Virus record (IMG/VR): IMGVR_UViG_3300017913_002196
Length of the DNA: 64,000 nucleotides
Reading direction: 5' to 3' (one strand)
From: an uncultured virus (IMG/VR IMGVR_UViG_3300017913_002196)
Lineage: Duplodnaviria; Heunggongvirae; Uroviricota; Caudoviricetes
Shown here: positions 58,465 to 64,000 of the stretch, one piece after another
How the letters are laid out: every line of letters begins with the position of its first letter
Position numbering within the stretch: the stretch's first letter is position 1
Position numbers and translations under genes: made by a program
Notes under the pieces: generated by a model
Told to the model about the DNA's origin: nothing
Database searches by the model: none
The model's input: the letters and a program-made list of their open reading frames with translations, nothing else

Positions 58465-59130
58465 TTAAAGCGTCTTTAAGAAGCTCTCAAATACTTCTAA
58501 CTTAACTTCATTAAGTTCTTTTAATTTAGCTCTCTTTAATTTCTCTCTCTGAAATTCTAAATCTACTTGTTTCCAAATTCCAGATTCGTAAATCCATTCA
58601 GCTTGTTCCATTACACCTTCAACAAAAGATGATTGTGCAGATGGATCAAACACAACATCAGCGGCAGTAGTAAGTACAAAATCATTACCTACTAAATTAT
58701 AACCTTCTCTTTGAGGAATAAGACTACCTAAACCTCTAGAAGATACACCAATCTTTACACCATCAGATAAAAGATTCTCTACTATCTTACCCATTGGTGT
58801 TGATAAAACCTTAGCTTTACCCATATAGTAAACAGCGTCGTCAGCCCTTTCTTTAGTCAACTTAGTTGTCATAATAGCTGCGCGCTCAGGATTTACAATA
58901 GGTTCAGCTGGATGGTTCAATTCCCCCAAAGCTCTTTTTTGTGAAATATAATCTTCGTTATACTTTTCAACTGCAGCATCCATAACTTCTTCTGTATAGA
59001 TTCTGCCATTTTTATTTTTCTTTTCAGCTTGAAGAAAAGGACCATTAATATACATTCTTTTCTCTGAACCTTTACCTTCAGAGATGACATCTAGATCATT
59101 AAAAGTGATATCTTCTTTAATAAGTTTCAT
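58465..59130 (-). CDS. 21: Prohead protease gp21
   Basis: G.FLQAE..N.NGR.Y, ALGEL.HP, GVSSRGLGS, D.V.DPSA. Confidence 0.97.
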   Translation of the reverse strand: MKLIKEDITFNDLDVISEGKGSEKRMYINGPFLQAEKKNKNGRIYTEEVMDAAVEKYNEDYISQKRALGELNHPAEPIVNPERAAIMTTKLTKERADDAVYYMGKAKVLSTPMGKIVENLLSDGVKIGVSSRGLGSLIPQREGYNLVGNDFVLTTAADVVFDPSAQSSFVEGVMEQAEWIYESGIWKQVDLEFQREKLKRAKLKELNEVKLEVFESFLKTL

Positions 59131-59132
59131 AA

Positions 59133-59453
59133 TTATGTCCTAAACTCAATAACAACATTACCCTGTGATGCGGTTGTAAAAGTAATTGCACACGCAGCAG
59201 GTGCAGCTAAATTAATACCACCGTGTAATGATAATTCCCATCTGCCGGTTTCAAAATCTTTACCGTCAATTGTTACAGCAGACTGTCCCATGTTAGTAAC
59301 TGATTCAATCTTTCTTACTCGTACATAGTTACCATTTACAGTAAAGTCATCTGAATCTAATGTATGATCTGCATCATAGACATGATAGACAATTCTGTTA
59401 CCAGGTGTTGAACCATTTACTTGTACCGCTTTTGCTACAATTTCTGCTGCCAT
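59133..59453 (-). CDS. Hypothetical protein in the head operon
   Basis: Beta-rich ORF directly upstream of gp21. Confidence 0.65.
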   Translation of the reverse strand: MAAEIVAKAVQVNGSTPGNRIVYHVYDADHTLDSDDFTVNGNYVRVRKIESVTNMGQSAVTIDGKDFETGRWELSLHGGINLAAPAACAITFTTASQGNVVIEFRT

Positions 59454-59464
59454 TTTCTATACCC

Positions 59465-60181
59465 TTAATTTAATGTATTAGCAATTGATCTAGATCTACC
59501 TTTAACTCTACGTTTGGTAATCTTTGTCTTAATTGCTGCTTTCTTCTTTGCACCTTTACCCATTGCTTTTTTAGCTCTCTTGAGCTTAATACCAACGCGG
59601 CGCATCTTTGCTTTTTGTGTTCCAGTTTGAGGTAAACATCTATTGCCTGCTAATCTCATTCCTGGACCGCAGATCTTTTTCTTTTTAATCTCACCCTTAG
59701 CTCTTTTAAAGATAACTTTTGCTCTTTGAGCTTTACCTTTATACTTCTTACCACCTGGAGGATTTTTTTCTGCTTCTTCTAATTCTTCTTCTGTATCTTC
59801 AATGATTTCCATTTCATAGTCTTCAGCAAACAACATCTCTTTAAGTGCTAACATACTGTTTACTGAAGGATCTACTTCATTAAGATCAAACTCAAATACT
59901 AAGTCCATTACTGAACCGTCTTGATTAGGAGCAAAGTCAAACACTTCTTGAACTTCATAATGGTTTTCAATAAGTTCGATATCTAAATCCAACTCACCAT
60001 CGAACTCAACAGTTTCTTCAAACTGTTCAATTTCAACTTCTTGTCTCATCTCATCTAATTCACTCTCAGTAAATAAGAAATGAGTGTTATGAGAAACTCC
60101 GTTGAGCATCTGTTTCTTTAACTCTTCTCTAAAAGTCTGAGTCTGATATTTTTTCCATTCAAGAAGATTCATTTTCATCAC
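59465..60181 (-). CDS. Putative prohead core protein (gp68-like position): acidic N-half, basic C-half
   Basis: Position and charge bipartition; LEE cleavage-like site before the Lys/Arg-rich domain. Confidence 0.6.
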   Translation of the reverse strand: MMKMNLLEWKKYQTQTFREELKKQMLNGVSHNTHFLFTESELDEMRQEVEIEQFEETVEFDGELDLDIELIENHYEVQEVFDFAPNQDGSVMDLVFEFDLNEVDPSVNSMLALKEMLFAEDYEMEIIEDTEEELEEAEKNPPGGKKYKGKAQRAKVIFKRAKGEIKKKKICGPGMRLAGNRCLPQTGTQKAKMRRVGIKLKRAKKAMGKGAKKKAAIKTKITKRRVKGRSRSIANTLN

Positions 60182-60323
60182 TCTTTAAATAATCTTTGGC
60201 CATTTCTTTTTTGATTCCATCTAATCTAGTTAACACTCTAGTTGTGATTTCATCTTTAAATGACTTGGTAAAATCCTTCTCTGACTCTTCATTTGAGTTT
60301 AAATAATCATAAAAGTCTATCAT
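60159..60323 (-). CDS. Small prohead core protein (gp67-like)
   Basis: MIDFYDYLNSNEESEKDFTKSFKDEITTRVLTRLDGIKKEMAKDYLKSDENESS; F...I..R....LD..K.E.A pattern; not in the ORF track. Confidence 0.6.
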   Translation of the reverse strand: MIDFYDYLNSNEESEKDFTKSFKDEITTRVLTRLDGIKKEMAKDYLKSDENESS

Positions 60324-60340
60324 AATTTATTTATTCCTTT

Positions 60341-61825
60341 TTAACCCCAGAGAATAGAGTCCATCTCAAGAGTTGAGTTCTTCAACTCCTCTTCAAGCTC
60401 TTGTTTCTCTGCATTCGCTTCATCCCAAAGTCCTTGACCATCGAGTTGTACACCACCAGGAAGTTCAGTATTTTGATATTTCTTTAAATTAGAACCCCAC
60501 TGTTGCTTTGCTAACACCGTAGCATATCTTTTTAACCATGTGTTTTTATAAACCTCACCTGTTAGTTCTGGATCTGCTTGTTCATATACTTCACATAAAA
60601 GATAAAAATCTCCTCTACTTTTACCTGTCTTAATTCTATTCCAATCTACGTCTAAATATAATCTACTTCTATATTGATTAAATCTTATTGCAGGAGCTGT
60701 GTTTAATAAAAAGTCAATATGTTCTACATTTAACTTTTGTGTGTAGTAGTTTGATAAACCAGTACCTACAGCATTACCATAGAACATATCAAAGTTATTA
60801 AGGAAGTACTGATATTCAAAATTGTACATACCTGCATGAGTGAAAGAATCTACTTTAGCAACCTTAGTAACAGATACAATACTATCTGGAACTTTAATAC
60901 CAATCTGTCCTGTAGATGTAACTGTAATGTTTTCATCTTCTAATACTTTTAATTCTTCTTTAAAGTATTTGCTAAAGCCATTATGAGCTGTTCGTTTACC
61001 AAATCTTCTAGGTCTTGTAGATGTAGGGCTAAAACGTTGACTTCTTAGAACATCTCTTTGTGTATATCTAGTAGCTCTTTCTATAATTACCAATTTAAAT
61101 CTTTGATCTGAATCTGTATCTAAATCACTATCAAACAATCTAAAAGTAGTACCATCGGAATCTTGTACGTATGCACCAACTTCGTCACTATCATATCTAT
61201 TAGAGTAATCTAAATCTGAGTCAAGTAGTCTATAAGTAACACCGTCAGAGTCTAAAATATATGCTCCGCTATTATCAGAATCATATACTTGGTAATAATC
61301 TAAATCAGAATCAATAGCTCTAAATTCAGAACCATCAGAATCTAAAATATGAGAACCGTATTGTTCAGAGTCATAAAATTTAGCTGTTTCAGAAATGTCT
61401 AAATCACTATCAAATACTCTTATATTACCATCTGAATCTCTTACAAAGGCACCATTAGTATCTGAATCATAAAAGATATTAGTTGACTCTGAATCAGTCT
61501 TAATAAAGATTCTATTTCCTCTAGTATTATCAACTTTAACCATAACTCTATCACCAATGCGATAGTCGTTTAGCTTATCTGAGTCAAATTTTTCTGCTGT
61601 AAGATCTTGGTGAATTCTATTATTACGGTTAAGTAAATTTGAATCTACTTTAATTGTTCTCCAAGATCTAGTTACACCATCATAATGATAGTTGTAAAAA
61701 AATTGCACGGCTTCGTCAATACAATCTTCCAATTGTACATCAGCGATTTCTACGTTAATGACTGGCGCGCCTAGTCTACGTAAAACCCAATCTGCTAACT
61801 CTTGTTTAGTCGCTGGTAATGGCAT
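60341..61825 (-). CDS. 13: Neck protein gp13 with a DSD-repeat insertion
   Basis: LRRLGAPVINVE..QLEDCIDEA.Q.F..YHYDG N-terminus; WLKRYAT.L.K.QWG.NL.KY....LPGGV.LDG C-terminus. Confidence 0.92.
   Translation of the reverse strand: MPLPATKQELADWVLRRLGAPVINVEIADVQLEDCIDEAVQFFYNYHYDGVTRSWRTIKVDSNLLNRNNRIHQDLTAEKFDSDKLNDYRIGDRVMVKVDNTRGNRIFIKTDSESTNIFYDSDTNGAFVRDSDGNIRVFDSDLDISETAKFYDSEQYGSHILDSDGSEFRAIDSDLDYYQVYDSDNSGAYILDSDGVTYRLLDSDLDYSNRYDSDEVGAYVQDSDGTTFRLFDSDLDTDSDQRFKLVIIERATRYTQRDVLRSQRFSPTSTRPRRFGKRTAHNGFSKYFKEELKVLEDENITVTSTGQIGIKVPDSIVSVTKVAKVDSFTHAGMYNFEYQYFLNNFDMFYGNAVGTGLSNYYTQKLNVEHIDFLLNTAPAIRFNQYRSRLYLDVDWNRIKTGKSRGDFYLLCEVYEQADPELTGEVYKNTWLKRYATVLAKQQWGSNLKKYQNTELPGGVQLDGQGLWDEANAEKQELEEELKNSTLEMDSILWG
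61104..61475 (-). repeat. Four imperfect ~30-aa repeats in gp13, each with three DSD/DSE
   Basis: FYDSDTNGAFVRDSDGNIRVFDSDLD / FYDSEQYGSHILDSDGSEFRAIDSDLD / VYDSDNSGAYILDSDGVTYRLLDSDLD / RYDSDEVGAYVQDSDGTTFRLFDSDLD. Confidence 0.9.
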
Positions 61826-63404
61826 CGTGCTCTACTATTTCCGTTTCAGTATTTATTGTAAGAACATCTTTCTCTCCTGATAGAGTAACATCTCTAACTT
61901 GTACACTTTCAAAACCAAAAGGTTCTGGTGGCATATCAGGATCTTTAATTTGTTCTTTTTCCATCTCGTTCATAATCTCTGTATCAATACGTGCAATATC
62001 TTCTTCTGTATGACCAAGAATAACTTTGCGTACATATTCGATAGAGAAATATTTACCTACATATTCATTAGCATCTCTAAGTACTGCTAACTGATCGTTA
62101 AGTAATTCTACCTGCTTAAGTTTATCAAAGTGCATATCTTTGAGATAGTCATAACTGATATACTGTCTCATTTCTTCGAACTCAGCTTGAGTACAAACAC
62201 CTTTAAGTACTAACTGAACTCTTAACACTTCGTTAAACAATTCAGCAAACTGTTTTCTAATACGTTTAATAAACTTACTAAATTTTATTTCATCTCTTGA
62301 GATGTCTGATGCTCTTCCGAGTTGAAAGTTGTTGTCTTGGTTGATTCTTGAGATTGGGACATTGAGCGATTGATATAATTTCTCCTTGAAGTAATTGACA
62401 TCGTCAAGATCTCCAAGATTTTGTCCTCCAGGGAGTGTACTAATCTCCGTACCTCTTGACCCTTCTCTTCTAGGGAGCCAGAAGTCCTCCAACAACGACA
62501 TAAATTTTCTCGAATCACGAATCTCTCCTGTATTTGGATTGTAGTCAATTTTATTTCTATAACGATTCATCATATCTCTAAGATAAGTCTCAGCTTTAAT
62601 CTTAGGTAATGAACCCACATCAACATAAAAAATTCTTCTTTCAGGTGCTCTAGCAATACGATAAACAATAAGAGCATCTTCCATAGAACGAAGATTGTTA
62701 AAAGGTTTAATTGCTTTGTCTAAGTAACCAACAATACTACCTTTATTTCTATCTACCAATCCTGATGGACAAAAGATAACAGAGTCTTTGGATAACTTTA
62801 CACCATTATTACCACCATCAGGAGAATATTCAAAGTACTCATCTACTTTAACTAATACAGGAACACCTGTTCTAGGGTCTTTATCATATTTAGGTTTAAC
62901 ATGTCTTTTAATCTTAAGAGCGTCGATAGGTCTTAATTCTTTAATACCATTCTTAAGATTTTCTTGATCTACAATAACTTGGTAGTGTAGTCTACTATCT
63001 ACATACCATTGTCTAAAGATGTCATATGAACGTCTTTGAAACTTAAGAAGATGAAGAGTTGTCTTAAACTCTTCTCTAATTATTTCTTTAATTCTATCAT
63101 CAATGTTAAGAAGATCTAATCTAATAGATACTGAAGGTCTTTCATGTTCTGTAGTGAAAGCTTCGTTTACAATATCATCAATAGCAGCATCAGCTTCTGG
63201 ATAGAAAGAAATGTCTCTATACTGAGCAATTAATGCATGTTCGCTTCTTGCTTTACTATATTGTTCGTAAGTATAACCAATCCTACCACCAACAGGTAAG
63301 TCAGTACCATCATCCATTGGTTTAGGAACGGGTGATGGTACTGGTTGATCATTCTTGTTTTGAACTAATTCGAACCCGAATAGTTCTTCTTTCTGTAAAG
63401 CCAT
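61806..63404 (-). CDS. 20: Portal protein gp20
   Basis: AIDDIVNE, WYVD, EDALIVYR.ARAPERRIFYVDVG, EDFWLPRREG.RGTEI.TLPGGQ. Confidence 0.98.
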   Translation of the reverse strand: MALQKEELFGFELVQNKNDQPVPSPVPKPMDDGTDLPVGGRIGYTYEQYSKARSEHALIAQYRDISFYPEADAAIDDIVNEAFTTEHERPSVSIRLDLLNIDDRIKEIIREEFKTTLHLLKFQRRSYDIFRQWYVDSRLHYQVIVDQENLKNGIKELRPIDALKIKRHVKPKYDKDPRTGVPVLVKVDEYFEYSPDGGNNGVKLSKDSVIFCPSGLVDRNKGSIVGYLDKAIKPFNNLRSMEDALIVYRIARAPERRIFYVDVGSLPKIKAETYLRDMMNRYRNKIDYNPNTGEIRDSRKFMSLLEDFWLPRREGSRGTEISTLPGGQNLGDLDDVNYFKEKLYQSLNVPISRINQDNNFQLGRASDISRDEIKFSKFIKRIRKQFAELFNEVLRVQLVLKGVCTQAEFEEMRQYISYDYLKDMHFDKLKQVELLNDQLAVLRDANEYVGKYFSIEYVRKVILGHTEEDIARIDTEIMNEMEKEQIKDPDMPPEPFGFESVQVRDVTLSGEKDVLTINTETEIVEHDAITSD

Positions 63405-63431
63405 AAGGACTCCTCATTATAAAATGAAGAG

Positions 63432-64000
63432 TTAGCCAGTTACTGGCTGTTCAGCGACATCAGCTGTAGTTCTAGCTGAAGTAGGAACTGAAGTTGTATT
63501 TGATTCCCACCACTGATATGCAAAAGTAACTGCAAACTCTTCGATTGTATCTGCACTGTCGTAAGAAACATCAATTGTATCTACAACAGTAGGCCACGCA
63601 CCTACAATAACATATCTCTTAATCACTGCACCTGTTCTACTTAGTTGTTCAATTTCTAAGTTAGCAACATATGAGTCAAATGAAGCGGCATCAACACCTC
63701 TTCCAGATACGTTTGTAGCTGCGCCGTTAATCGCATCTTGCCATCTTTCGAAAGCATTTCTTACAGCAAAGTTATTGTCATTAACTACACTTACTGTCCA
63801 AGCATCGTAAACAGTATCACCTGATACTTTTAATTGTCTACCTCTAAATGGTACAATAATTTCACCAATAGATCTAGCTGGCATTGCTGCAGTTTTAATC
63901 ATAAAAGAGCTCAATGCTTCTGTCTCACCGGAACCGAAAGCTGTATTAGCTAGACCTTCAATGTTCCCGTTTGGCCAGTTACAGTTTACTCTAAATAGAT
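63432..64000 (-). CDS. 19: Tail tube protein gp19 (start lies beyond the window)
   Basis: Frame is open to the edge (..LFRVNCNWP..); VPFRGRQLKV.GD....W.V.V.ND..F..R.AFE.W, IEEF.VTF.YQWW. Confidence 0.95.
   Translation of the reverse strand, partial: LFRVNCNWPNGNIEGLANTAFGSGETEALSSFMIKTAAMPARSIGEIIVPFRGRQLKVSGDTVYDAWTVSVVNDNNFAVRNAFERWQDAINGAATNVSGRGVDAASFDSYVANLEIEQLSRTGAVIKRYVIVGAWPTVVDTIDVSYDSADTIEEFAVTFAYQWWESNTTSVPTSARTTADVAEQPVTG

Noticed and set aside
1..64000. Stop-codon reassignment, or a DGR/retron system
   Set aside because: Core genes are intact under the standard code, the tRNAs are not suppressors, and I saw no reverse transcriptase or TR/VR pair.

Overview
This window is 64 kb of an AT-rich T4-like (gp23/gp20/gp43/gp55) myovirus genome, mostly coded on the minus strand. 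The host is probably a marine alphaproteobacterium, inferred from an alpha-type PstS, a porin and a permuted two-piece tmRNA. From left to right it holds: (1) pstS, a small Cys-rich ORF and 2OG-Fe(II) oxygenases; (2) a variable island with three putative virion proteins sharing an MPxxF N-terminus, each next to tailoring enzymes, plus hsp20 and tmRNA; (3) nrdB and an nrdA-glutaredoxin fusion; (4) the replisome (gp61, 43, regA, 62, 44, 45); (5) guaC, thyX, clpP, a porin and three tRNAs; (6) small early genes; (7) a ~13 kb sugar-nucleotide/glycosyltransferase cluster (kdsA, gmd, ColD-like, GTs, sulfotransferase); (8) gp46/47/55, uvsW/uvsY and phoH; (9) the head module (gp3, 23, 22, 21, 13, 20, 19). 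Best leads: an Asp-Ser-Asp (DSD) motif enriched in virion proteins (13 copies in a gp13 insert) alongside a large glycosylation cluster; a protein beside primase ending in a near copy of the gp23 N-terminal arm; a tmRNA with an atypical 29-aa tag together with a phage ClpP; the MPxxF protein-plus-enzyme cassettes; and several structured non-coding leaders. All calls come from motif recognition by eye; no database searches were run.
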